A DNA stretch of 64,000 nt from Cetorhinus maximus (taxonomy: Eukaryota). The stretch is taken from NCBI RefSeq assembly GCF_964194155.1, contig NC_135889.1, positions 58,280,001-58,344,000 on the forward strand, given 5' to 3'. The notes below the pieces were generated by a model, which was given only the letters and a program-made list of their open reading frames with translations, was not told the origin of the DNA and made no database searches. Below are positions 1 through 12,836 of the stretch, in pieces (positions within the stretch are counted from its first letter, which is position 1; each line of letters opens with the position of its first letter). Both the position numbers and the translations under genes were made by a program.

Positions 1-1330
1 TACTTCAGTTCAACAAAGTTTGGGTTTTCTGACGAGCTCTTTGTTGATGGAGAAGGTAAAGGCGAGGTAGTGTCCGATTTATCCGAACTTTCTGTGGACG
101 GTGAATCCTGACTATAGTTCACAGGAGCCAAATTGCCAAGGAGGCCTTCTCTCTCCCTTTTCTTTTGTTTCATCCTCCTGTTCTGGAACCAGATCTTCAC
201 CTGGGTTTCACTGAGTTGTAATGCGTTAGCTATTTCCACACGTCTAGCTCGTGTTAAGTATTTGTTAAAATGGAATTCCTTCTCCAGTTCCGTCAACTGT
301 TTGGTGGTGAAATTTGTACGCGCTGTGCTTGGAGGGCTGGGGACTCCATAGTCACTTGTTTTCGCTATAAAAATACATATAATATAGTTAGGCATTGTAT
401 TCCAGTGGAATGCACAGAGTTGGTTAGCTCATTCCTTTCACTGTGCCACACACCATCAACCCCACCCCACCACCGGGAAATGACTGAAAACGATTCAATT
501 CTCAATGTTATTGCTCAAACACAATTAATGGCAAAGATACGAGCCGGAATAGAAAAACAGTAGGCGAAGCGATTCGAACAGCAGTGCACTTCACCCTTAC
601 GAGTCACTTCGTCTCACTATATTGACACTCTTGTCAATGAAAGGGTTAATACAAAATCACTGCTTTGAATGAATCTTACAGAAGGCCTAGAAATGACAGC
701 GGACTTCATCATTAGATACATATATTGTGCACTTTCAGCTCCAGGTTCTGAGGTGATTGACTGACCTGTTTTAGGAGGATTTCGCTTCACTTTCATCCAC
801 TCGAAGGTATTTGCTATAATAAGTTTCTGTGATGTGGGAGACTCCGACCTTTGGTAAACGCCCTGACACGTCGACAGGCTCTGATAATGCCCGGGGTAGA
901 AGTTTGCGAATTCCTTGCCAGAGGTTTGGCATTGTTGCTGCTCGCCAAAGTGATTGTTGTACTGGTGCTGGCGCGCAGTGAGCGGAAAAGACGCGCTTCC
1001 TGAGTAAACAGAGGTGGTGTATGGGATCAGTTCCCCAGTGTCATCCTGCTCCTGGTTAGCAGCAAACGGAAAGTCATAGCCGGTAATGCTCTGAGGTAAG
1101 AAGTTAATATCTACGGATGGAGAGGAGTCATAGGAAAGTTCGAGAGTAGCAGGCACCGGCTGATGAAGGTGATGATGACTGGGAGATGGATCACCTACCG
1201 CTTCATTTGAAACATAGCGACCTTGTCCGGAGCACTGCTGCAGGGAGGCTCCTGGAGAATTACTGTGACAAAACTTTGGCGAGAAGGTCAGGACGTCTGC
1301 ACTGGGAATGTATTCTAAGTAAGAGTTCAT
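1..1330 (-). CDS. HOXD1: Homeobox protein Hox-D1; exon 1 1330-766, exon 2 364-<1 (the last codon TA. is cut by the window edge and may be the stop)
   Basis: Start MNSYLEY (ATG 1330); paralog-1 hexapeptide [14 protein letters not shown]; donor G|GTCAGT at 766/765; acceptor ATAG| at 365/364; spliced frame gives [58 protein letters not shown] assignment from FEWM and cluster content. Confidence 0.93.
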
Positions 1331-1462
1331 TCTTCTAATGATGGGCTGGAGCAGAATGAGATGTTTAGCTCTCGCTGATTGTTGTCTCTCCCTGATCACC
1401 ATAGCAGACCCTTCACTTCCTTTGCAAAGGAAGTAAATATTCCTAATATAGAGCAAGGAAGT

Positions 1463-1484
1463 CACGTGGCTATGCCCATCCAAT
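1463..1484 (-). promoter_or_regulatory. HoxD1 proximal promoter: E-box + CCAAT box
   Basis: Plus strand CACGTG-N11-CCAAT, about 130 bp upstream of the ATG. Confidence 0.7.
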
Positions 1485-4400
1485 CACAGCGGTCTTAGCC
1501 AGCGCTATGCCATGGCGTCCAGAGCTCTTCGCTCATCCACCGAAAGGAGTGGACTCCTCAATCTACTCACCTTCTACTAAGATCACATCATCAGCACAGT
1601 TCGTAGAGGCATTCGCTAACCTTACTCAAGCTGCGGACGATCCTCCGAAAGCCCGTTATGAGGTAAGATGTTCATTTTCGTGTGGGAGAAATGGTAGTGC
1701 CGCCGAATAATGAGACGTTTTGAATTGTGAGATGGTGGCGCTTACGGTTAAGGCACGCCGTCTGCTGTCAGTAGCCTTAGCTATTTTATGATGCAGTGAT
1801 CATCAAATGGGGTTACAACGTGACTGAGTGTTTCGTGGCCTTGACAATAGTCACAGCACCCGCAAATCCAGAATGAAGAGAGTATGAAAGAATAAAGCAA
1901 ATGGTTATCTAAATAGTTTCTAAAGTTGAGTTCATGGCACTGCACTGCTGCTGTCCCTCAGTGTACAGTTCATAGAACACCGCAAGCAAATGTCTATCCT
2001 TCTTAATTACCCTCCGATAGGCGCTATTTTCTCCGTAACATAATGCCAACCGACATAATAATCGTGTCCATAAAGCAGAGTTTCATTGTGATATGTTTAT
2101 GACATAGTTAAAATGTCGAACTGTTTAATAAACGTCCAAAGCACCATTGCCTGTCCCGCGTACGTGTGACTTTACAAATATTAGCAGCAAGTCCTATTAA
2201 ATGTTGTTTAAACAAGTAAAAAAAACCGATAATTCTCTTGCCAGGGATATAAAGAATACATAGCTTCCTTCTTTTCCAATCGGCATTCTGTCAATTAATA
2301 GCAGTGAACATGTTAAAATTCCATAAATATATTTACAGTAGGCAGTTATTAAAATAACTATGCAAGTTAAAAGGCTGAAATCAAAAGTAAGATATTCTAT
2401 GCTAGTACCAGTGAATTGTTTGTTTCACTACCCAGTGTTGGCCAGTGCTAATTTTGAATTCGTCTTCTGCCCGGATTGTTCTGTGACATGCTGCAGGATA
2501 TGTTTCAATCACGTTAAAATATGAATTGAAACATCCCATTTTCATTTAGGTCAAAATGAAATGTTAGAAAAATGAGTTCCCGAACTGCACAGTGGAACAA
2601 TTACAATTGTTTCGGAAATCGATAAATCAGTTTAAATATGTTGATTTATTTGGTAATGTGTTACTAAATATTATTTCATCCTGGTCTGCTTCCGTGATAG
2701 CAGCTGAGTTAAAGTCATTTACCTGTCAAAACACTCACTGGCGAAGCTCTAACTCAAAGTCAGTTGATGTGTGTGAGTACAGCACATGAGGACTTGCTCT
2801 TTTTAATCGCCAGGGGCAGTGTGCAGTCTAATTCATATCAGCAACTTGTTCAGTGTCGTGTCACTGCCTCATGCATATGTTAAAACATAGAATTAGAGTA
2901 GTTCGAAGGAAATTTCTTCAATCATATAAAGAATTAAAGAATTGAAAGTATATACTTCGTATGTAGCTTCGAAATCTAAAATCCATCTATCTACAGCACA
3001 GCGTGTCTGTACTGTCTATATTTGATTATCTCTTTATGTCTGCCTGTCGGTATATCTAATCTACAAGTAAATTCTGCTCGCTCTGCTTTATTTTTAAATG
3101 GGCATCAATTCGAGCTTGTACTCTCCTTTCTGCTCTCGTGTTCCCTCGCAATTGAATCTTGAGTAATAATGTTTCTGTTGCTACTCTCATGCTTGAGTAA
3201 AAGGTACATCGTATCAAAACCTTTCCCATCCATTTTGCGGGCAACATGTTTAATCTGATTTTAAAAAGCTGTGTTATGTATAATTCAGAGGGGAGTGAGT
3301 TTGAGGGCTTTGAAAGCATACAATTGCCACGGGATTTACAAATGGCTAAATTCCTGCATCGCCAGTTCAACATATGCATCGTGCCTTCTCATTCACTTCA
3401 CTTTCGTCTTTTGGTGTTTTGCTGACATATCTTTGCAGTTTTACTTTAAAGGATATATGCAGCATTATAAATTTAAATCTTTTTTATATAACGTGTTAAC
3501 AACAGTGTATTGGATGAAGATATTGGACATTATTCAAATTATATATTTAAAAAATCACAATATTTGTGCCTCTTTGTTATACTTCTCAAAAGCAGATGTT
3601 GGTAGAAAGTGCAAAACTTTGTTTACAACTATTTCCTCCTTTGAAATCTGATGCTGATCATTAGTGGGCGCTTAATTGAGTTACTACCTGGAATAGTAAT
3701 CCACAGCAAGTTCATTTATGTTGATATCACAATCAAAATATAATCCTGTGAGTTAAATATAAAATGACATAATGAATATGGTAAAAGTATAGATGGTCAC
3801 TTCCAAACATCAACACGTATAAGTTAACACGTTACAGTTCCTAATCGAAAAGTTCGAATAGTTTACCAATTACCACTGTGCTTGCTTACGTGGAATTTAT
3901 TAACACACAATCAACTAATTCAGAGTTCCAAAATGTCTTCTGAAGCTCACGTGTTCCACGTCAAAATAATAAAGGAAGTTAATTGAAATATGGCTTTCTT
4001 TTGACAGCTGCGGACAATACTCCCTTGCAATCTTGACTGATTATTTAAATGAACAGCAGAAGCAGTCGTTTGAATACATATTTAATTCCATCGCACCTTA
4101 GTATAGTTTTGTAAAGAATGAACAGTAACAGACCCACATATTTACTTACTTCTATAAACATTCAACTATTCTTCTTTGTAAAAGCAATACGATCAACCGA
4201 TTTCTGGACTGCCTCCTGCATCTAGTTGCAACTAGTTTAGAAAGTAGTTAGGGGGCATATAACTGAAGCAATTGTGAAGCAAATCAGAGGCAGACTTATT
4301 TTAGTAGAAGGCGCGGATTCACTGCAGTAGAGTGTGGAACTATTCCCAGATCAGTGTGTGCTTCTAGATTTAAAGGGAACGGCACTGTCTCTTATTCATA

Positions 4401-4644
4401 ATAAAATCTTATCTATTTACTTGATGTTCGACCCCCATGAGTCCGGAGCAAACGAGATAGGGCTATTCTGGCAATACATGACCAATGATTCGTGGGTAAG
4501 TCCTCCAAGTAAACATCCGAATTATCTTATAACTGCTTAGAATTTATCCGTGCAAGAACCATATCTTCAATTATATCCCCTTCCCTGTTTAAAACCTCGG
4601 TTTGCACGAGGTTAGCTTCTATCTTAAGCCTGTAGCATATAAAT

Positions 4645-4738
4645 GGGAAGGGGGTGGGGGGGGGGTGGGGGGGGGTTGGGGTGACGTGTGGGCGGGGGGA
4701 GGGGGTTTGTGGTGGTGATGGTGGTGATGATGGTGGGC
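4645..4738. repeat. G-rich low-complexity tract with (GGT/GAT)n
   Basis: Multiple G runs followed by GGTGGTGATGGTGGTGATGATGGTGG. Confidence 0.8.
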
Positions 4739-7700
4739 TTCAATCTCAGGAGATAAAAGGGGAAAATTCGAGATCAAATCGCCAGGCAAGTATCAGGGTT
4801 GCTTTGCATTTTGCAACTTCTCAGGAATCCCAAGATTGGCTTTGAACTAACTTCTCTTTCGCTTTATTTTTGTGGGATGTTCAGTTAGCCATTCTAAACT
4901 TGCAAATAAGGCTGAACCTTTGTCGGGCACCAACGCGGAAGAGTAGGTTATATTCAAAAATGTACAGTCATTGCACTCGACCTATACTAGCAACTATATT
5001 AGCTCTCCGTTAACTGTTCTGTGAATTGACAAGAGGAAATGTAGGGTTGTAAATAAACTATAATGTGCGGGGTTTTATACATTAGGGATTCCTATGAAAA
5101 CACATCTATTAGTGACATGTTTTAAAAGGTTAACGTAAATGACCCAATACCACAAATGCAGTCATACATGACAATAATTTAAGCACACATAACATTCTCA
5201 GCTGAGCCAAAATTCCTGATGCCCTTGAAACGCTTTACCCTCTTTAACGAGCAGTAACGAGGGATCGCAGTTAGACTCCAGATTTCTCGAGGGTTAGTCA
5301 TACAGGGGGTTTGGTCTGTGGTGTGATTAGACTGGTGTGTGATTCGCTTTTGCATTTGTCCGCTTTGGCAGCGGTTGCTGGAGGGATCCCAGCTGGCCTT
5401 GGCTTGCTTTAAAGAAGGAGGAACTGCTGTCGAGGGAAAAGTGCAGATTTCATGATTGATGAACTCTTAACAATACCCCACTGACAGCTATGCATCCAGA
5501 CAGAGCTGCAAGTCTTTCAGCAGAACTCCTTATTAGTTTGTGCACTGTTTCAAATTCCAAATTAGCCTTCCCTTTCATTTGCAATTGCACGTTTAGAGCC
5601 ATCATTTTTTGCAAAATAAACGGAAACATTGGCTGTAAATATACCAGGCAGTTGCCCAGATAAAAATGAAACATGATAACTGATTTTGCTGTCACGTGAT
5701 CCTTTACTCAAGGATTCCTGGAGAGCCGCTGTTTATTACCAGGAGCAGCAAACACAAAACTCACCCTTCGTTTAGGGCGGGACGCTCCATATTTTTGGAG
5801 AACTTGCAATATTTTGTACTATTGATGACAGTAGAAGCTTCATAATTTATGCAGGGTCAAAACGTCACTTGTTACTGTGATTGAGTGTGTGACTGGCATG
5901 ACCTCACTACAGTGGAAGCATAACACACACATGAAGTTGAAGGGAAAGAAAACTAAATGAGTTTATAACTAATATAATCACCCTTAGAATGCAGAGCGAA
6001 AGCTGCATGGAGTCTGACTGCTATAGATTTGCATACAGAAAAGTTTTTACATCTTCGATGTAGCATTCAAAAGTGAAATTTGGAATAACTTGCAGAGGTT
6101 TTGCAATTTGATCTGATCTAATAGCTCTTATAATACTAAATCAGCGACTATCCGAACTAACATCCATTCACAACCTCCTTATAAATAACAGAATCTAATC
6201 ACCACATTCCCTTTGGAACTTTAATATAATGACAGTTGATCCTGAAACGTGAAAGGACCTACCAAAGACTCCTCAAGTCATTGAACGCATGGTCTTGTCT
6301 CATGTAAACAATGCAAATACTTTTGTTTAAAATGTTAACGCAACGCTATTTTTTCTGGAAATAAAATACATAAAAGTGAGAATTTCAAAAAATTAAATAT
6401 TTATTGGACTTTACAAACGTGGAACGTGGGCGTTTCGAAGCACATCCTTGTCTGACACAGTCAACATAGTTTGCTAACAAAAATTGCGTGGATTTGTTAA
6501 GGATTCAAAAGCTACTTATTTTTCTAAGTAGTTCTCTATGTCTACTGATGCTGCAAACAGACTTAAGTAGACGTTTGGAAAGCACATGTGTTCCCCTTTC
6601 CGAAACAGAAAGATAAATTGCACCTTGCCTTCGAAGTAACTCGTGAATTTCTGGCCTGGATTGTGATGCAGGTTGTTTCTCCTCCAAATGCCATTTATAG
6701 GCAATAGCATGCTCAATAGATTTCATTGCATCGTGAATTCAATTGATAAATACCAAGAGTAAGTGTTTTAAAAAAATACAAGAACTTTTAGATCAAATTG
6801 CTGGCAATTGTTCAACAGGATAGACCTTACTCAACAGTTACTTATTACATGGGGCTATATTCGCTTGTTACAGTTAGTTCTTTACTCATTCGGATTTTTT
6901 TCGGTGATGAAATGCATGTCATTTCTAAATATCAATATACCTTCCACCAGTATCAATTCTGTACATGCCTTTAAACACATTTAGGCATGTCTGAGTGCGT
7001 TCTTAGACGAAAAATTTTACACAGATACCCTACCTAAGGTAATGGAGTCGTTTTGGGTTTTAACCATATTCGTTTTTAAAGCCGCAAATGGTGACAACCT
7101 ATTGTGAACCTCTGAGTGAAATCCAAGAGGGAATAACATCCTAAATATGTGTTTCAAGCGGCCATAATTTCTTGGCTATGATATTGCTTAATTCGTCAAC
7201 GTATCCTAGTTGGAATACTATAAGTACAGTGACTTATCGGAACCTTGTTTCTTCCGCCTCTTCTAAATAGGATATCAATGCATTGATCTATTCAGCTCCT
7301 ACATTTGATTCCGTCGAACAAAATGGCGTCTTTCATGGGTTTAAACCCCAGTCATCGTTGGCTTGTCATTAGTATCGGTTTCTTTTGAAATTCTGTGGTA
7401 ACTGAGTTTCTGAATAATTATAAATTGCCTTTTTTTCTGTGAATGATCAGCCCAGTTGGCTTCCCTTTCGATTTTCATTGCAGCTCATTAAATATTTGAA
7501 GTGATCTTAGTATTTAAATTTGAATTAAGATCCATGATGTGGCTTGAGGAATCTAACCCCACAATTATTTTAAAAACTATATTTCCTTAAAGCATGAAAC
7601 AGTTTAAGGGGGAAACCATAGAAAATGGTCTATAACCTATTTTTAACGCGTTTTCCATAACAACCAATATCTCCCCTATAAATAGCTACATTTTTATCAT

Positions 7701-8232
7701 AAGCAATTGGTTTTATTCAGTCACAGGACTATTATTACTTATGTTGTTTGGTTGCTGATTACATTTTCGTCTTATTTTCTAGGAATTTCGCTGATTGGGG
7801 CTTTGGACTAAGGCAGTTCAACTATTAAACTGAGCAATCAGCAGTGTCGGGATTGACATGTTCAACTCCAATACATCTTATTTATCTTTTCTTGCATATT
7901 TTCATGTTAATACTTCTTTACTCAAAGCTATTATATAATTGTATTTTAAAGATATGTATTTAGTTTTTGAAAATCTGCAGATATTTGAAATATTTACCTT
8001 ATTTAAAATAAAATACTGAAAATATTTTTATTTCTTGCACTACATTAAATTTGTCAGAACTCGTTTCCTTTGATTCATGGCATAATGCAGAAATGAGTAA
8101 GAGATCCGTAAACTCTGGGATCAAGAGGCATGTGCTAAATGGTACGACCTTCCAGCCAGTTAAGACGGTTATTATAAATGTCACATATCAAGGAATATCA
8201 GCGGAGTATGTGTGCGTGAACTGGAAGTCGGT

Positions 8233-9698
8233 CTAAAACTGCAACTGCTGAAAATCGGTGGAGCTAAAATTGTCACTTAAAAAGTCAAACACGTTGGATG
8301 GAATAACTAGAGTGTCCTCGTTTTCCAACAAAGACAATTGAGGTAATTCTTCTATCAGATCTAGATGTGGTTCGATTGGAATTTTGTCTAAATCCTCCAG
8401 AGATGGGATGCTGAAACTCTCTGGACTACTAGGACTTGTTCCAGCCGAGCAGTTTTTCAGCATAGGTATCAGGGAGTCAGTTTCATCTGAGCTCTGGGGA
8501 AAATAGTGGTTGTGGGTTCCCTCAGTGCAGATCAGAGAGGTGCCAATAACACTGAGCAGGTCACTGCTGATATCACTCAATGTATCTTGATGAGCGGAAT
8601 CGCTAATATCTTGCTCAGCAATTTTTTCGCTCTCTAACGAATTCAAAGTTTTATTTACAGGTGTCTCAGCAAAACTTCTTGTGGAAAATCCACTCTGATT
8701 AACACTGTGAGCAAAATGGCGCTTTGAATCAGCGTTGTGGCTTTGTTTGAATCGAGTTTGTCTCTTGTGTTTCATGCGTCTGTTCTGAAACCAGACTTTG
8801 ACTTGCCTTTCTGTTAAATCGAGTAGAGCTGCGATTTCTACTCTCCGAGGTCTACAAAGGTAACGATTGTAATGAAACTCCTTTTCCAGCTCCAATAGCT
8901 GAGTGTTTGTGTAAGTGGTTCGTAGTCTCCTGGAGCTGTCAAAAGGACTCCCGTTGTCCGGCTCATTAAGCTCTTCGTTTTCTGTAGTAAAGGGGGAAAA
9001 GTTCGATAAGTTATCACAAATCTTTCCAAATATTCCAGCAACATAAAATGGCCGCCTCCGAGACACAAAAGGCTTCCAGCAGAAAATGGCCCAGCAGGGC
9101 AACAGGAAGATGATACAGATGTCTGGAATTTGGTTATGTGTAGGTTATTGAAACCTACACAATACCAGGAGTGCTATAGACTCGAGCGGCCACTATTTAC
9201 ATTTTGGATATTATTGGGTTGTGAGCATTTTGCAGGTCTGACATCTTTCAATGAAATATGTTACTGCTTCAGAATTGAATCGTTTTTTAAAATACTCTCT
9301 GTGCACCGTATATACCAAAAAAAATAGTAAAGGAAAATATTATTGACCTGACCTTCATTAGAAGAACAAGATGAGAATGATCCCGTCGCTGGGACAGTTT
9401 TTTTCTTCTGGCTTTTCTTTTCTCTCATCCACGGATATTCCAGAGGTTTGTCCCCTAACGTGGCCCGACCAATGCCTTTTGAAGTGTGGGTTTTCCCATT
9501 TTGGTTTGTGTTACCATGGTCCACGCTGCTCAAGCTCTGCTCAAAAGGAGGAGGAATCAGTGTCGAATGTGAAAGCGTCGAGTTCTTGATTGATGAACTT
9601 TGAAATGTCTCGCCAACAGGAGGAAAGGATGTCAGGCACTCGGCAAGCGATGGTTCACTATTGATAAAACCAACCTCTCTCTCAAACTCGTTGTTCAT
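8233..9698 (-). CDS. HOXD2: Homeobox protein Hox-D2; exon 1 9698-9353, exon 2 8981-8233 (364 aa)
   Basis: Paralog-2 N-terminus [36 protein letters not shown] hexapeptide, donor G|GTCAG, acceptor CCCCCTTTACTACAG|, homeodomain [59 protein letters not shown]; open frame to TAG. Confidence 0.92.
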
Positions 9699-9787
9699 TT
9701 CTGCCCGGGCAGAATCGGTAGAAAATTGCTTATTTGATAGTTGCTTTGAAAATATATATTTATAAAATGTACTGATTACAAACGCTA

Positions 9788-9882
9788 AGGGACCGTGCTA
9801 TTATTAAACTATGTCTATTGAATACACAGACACGACGTTGAGATGAGGCTGATTTTATCGTCACATGATCGCCTTAACCAAT
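9788..9882 (-). promoter_or_regulatory. HoxD2 promoter/leader: conserved Hox2 leader block and E-box + CCAAT
   Basis: GGGACCGTGCTATTATTAAACTA (resembles the Hoxa2/b2 leader, from memory) and CACATG-N10-CCAAT at 9862-9882. Confidence 0.65.
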
Positions 9883-12836
9883 GACAAGAGTGGAAAATAA
9901 GACTGGCTTTCTGAATGATTCTGAAATAAAATATATAAAGGTGTAGGTAGCGTTTTCCTGCCTTCTCTAGGCCATGTTATAATGTAAGGTAGTGCAGAGT
10001 CATTCCTAGAAAGTAGAAAATGTACAGTGCTATTACAAAACATCCTGCATGTCTTGGTGGGCGGTTGTATTACTGCGAAGAAAAGAACACTCAAGTCTAG
10101 GTTTCTGCCTACAAATGTGTAGCGTGGAGTAATAAGCGACAAATCAATTAATCTTCGGAGCTGTGACAATCATCGGAAGGCTCTTCCGTGTAGAAGAATG
10201 AACACAAGCTGTGGCTAAAGCAGCACCCTGGACAGTAGGAGCTGGCAGTGAGGCCCAATGCCAAGTAGGACAGGATAGCTTTCAGACACTCTTTGCCTTT
10301 ACCATGCATATAAACAGACATTGTAAACATTTAAAACCCAACCCTTTCCCCCCTTTGGATTATAAGAAATATTTAGAAATGTGCAATTTATTCGGTATCT
10401 TTGCAATCTTAACAAGTACCATCTAACATCCTCCATCTGGATCAGCACACCCTGTTTACAAATGACTCCTTGCTCATATGTTATTTGTTGATTTCACAAA
10501 CACCCACAAGCCAATTATTTAAATATTTCTGAAGTAACATCTCGCAGATTCTCCTTGACTCCAGCTGTTGTGACTTATGAACTTTACACATTATATAGAA
10601 ACGTTTCTGAATTATTTGGCATTTAAACCCCAAAGGCTGCGCTTTCTGTAATCTGTTATTGCCAAATTAGTAATCACAATATTAGCTATTTTTTTCTGCT
10701 CACATACACACAAAATGTTTGAGAATTTAAAAAATAGTCAAAACGCGTCATTGCATTTCTTTTTGTAACTCTCCTCAGCTGGTCTTTGGCTTCCATAAAA
10801 TTGTTGTGTGAGTGGGTGCTTTTTCTCCTTCTGTCTGCCTGGAAAAGCAACATTTTGCATTCTTTGACGTGTGGGTGGTGTACTAACAAAACAAGGCTTT
10901 GGATCGCTTTCCGGCGTTGGCGTTAGTATTAGGCACGTTTAAAATAACACACTGAGGAGCTGTGTACAGTGCATTAGAATGATACTACATTCATATTTAG
11001 CGCTTCCTTATCGTCAGAGATTTTAAGATAAAGTAAATCAAAGGAGATTACTCTGGCGGAGAACATTTTAAGTGCTATATAACTTCAAGCTCTAAAATCG
11101 CCAACATAAGGTTAGTTAGGTTGTTGCCTTCGTCAAACTGTTGATGTTTCGGATGTTCACAGACTCATTTCTTTCTCATTTTGAAATAAAGATTTTTCGA
11201 GGGATGGGAGATATCTTTGTTTGTTGCCAGAAGGCTTTCATCGCCCCTGCTTTATTTGTCAAACAAAATGGCGCCGCATGTGTCGGTGCTGCGGGCTGCT
11301 GCTGTGCAGAGAGGAAGCAGCTAGTGCCTGGGATCAGGCTCCCTTCTCACAGGCACCTAATACTGGGGCATCCGGAACACCGTTTTCTGCATAATAATAT
11401 TGACGTCTTCGTAAGATAACGGTAATAGATTGAGGCTCTTCTGGGTTTACCCCTATTTTTATCAGATAACATCTGTGGAAATGTTTACTAACTCTTGTTG
11501 GATTGGTTTGCTCCCTGTATATTATGAAAAATCAAGCAGTTAACTTTTTCCTTAAATATATATTAATAGAATTGTTACATACAACGGGACAAATCATTTA
11601 GGAAAATCTAAGTAAGCAATAATTCTCAAGTTTTGTTAAAGTAACAAAAATGTAAATGTTTGAATTTTATTTTGTCTGCTTTATTTACCTCATGCTGTTT
11701 GGCCACATTTCTTCTCGACCTAACCTCCAGCCCCTATTTCCCTTTGTTTGCTTCCTGTTATTTTGTGTGCCTGAGCCTTAACATTTCATGTGTTATATTG
11801 CATTGCTGGGTAAAATACAAAATCGTGGCAATGATTTTTCACATTATTTTAACAGTGATTTGAAACATGCAATATATCGTTTTGTAAATGCCCATTTTAA
11901 CCAGACCGTAGCTCGGCTGAACATCTCCAGTGTATGGCTGCAGTCAGCTTGTCTTGTATTAATGAGAAGTGAGGAGACAAGATGGCGAAGCATTAAGCTG
12001 ATATGGTGCATATGTATTTATAAATAAAGGCTACAGGTTTGTTCAAAGAACACATTTTTATTCTAAATATCTGTTGGAATAGTACCAGACAATTGAAATA
12101 AAGAATTCTTATAGAAATGTGTCGTCTATTGTGTAGTGCCACATTTTCTCTGATTTACTACAGTCATAACTTACAATTTGCTTTCGGAGATAACCCTTAC
12201 ATAATCTACAAACACCAGCCACTGATACAACTGCTCAAAAAACTATCCTCTCATCTAGTTTAAACCCAGGTTTACTAAAGAGGAAAAATATGATTGTAAC
12301 AGACATGGATCAAACAGGTTAAAGTCAGATTGTATAAGATCTATAAATCTCACATAAATACATTAAGACGAGGATAAATAAGTGATAGAAAAATCTTTTT
12401 TCTTTTCGACTTAAAATAATAAATACATATCATTGATGTTCAATTCAGTTCGTTCATTACTGAAAAGTACAGAGCTGAAGTTCTGGGCAGTTAAGACCAG
12501 TTACGGACAGAATCCCACCAAAGTGGAGTGTGTAGAATTACTAGTCTTTAAATTCTACATTAAAAAGGGTTTGCTGAAGACTGACTCCATATGTCTTACC
12601 TTCAAAAGCACCTATTTCAAGCAATTATTCCTCTATTTGCATTCTGCATTACGCTAGGATCTTACGGAAAGGCATGCCTGACGTGTAGACCCTTAAATAA
12701 ACACAGAAAAGCAATGTAACAGGTAGAGAATGAATGGTGGACAAATACTGTGACGGTCTCATAGCAGGAGAATATTTGATACAAATGAGGTAATAAAAAA
12801 GCGAAGTGACATCGCTTGGCAAACCGTGCTAGTCCG

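Noticed and set aside
133-563. Plus-strand ORFs over HoxD1, and similar antisense ORFs over D3, D4, D5, D8 and D9
   Set aside because: Shadows of the Hox coding strand with no independent protein motifs.
617-765. ORF-track extensions of exon 1 past the hexapeptide (seen for all seven genes)
   Set aside because: Read-through into introns; GT donors and phase-matched acceptors define the true structure.
4645-4738. G-run tracts as functional G-quadruplexes (also 29001, 33141, 51926)
   Set aside because: Indistinguishable from slippage-derived low-complexity DNA without conservation data.
7105-7122. RARE-like TGAACC-N6-TGAAAT
   Set aside because: Wrong spacing and a degenerate second half-site.
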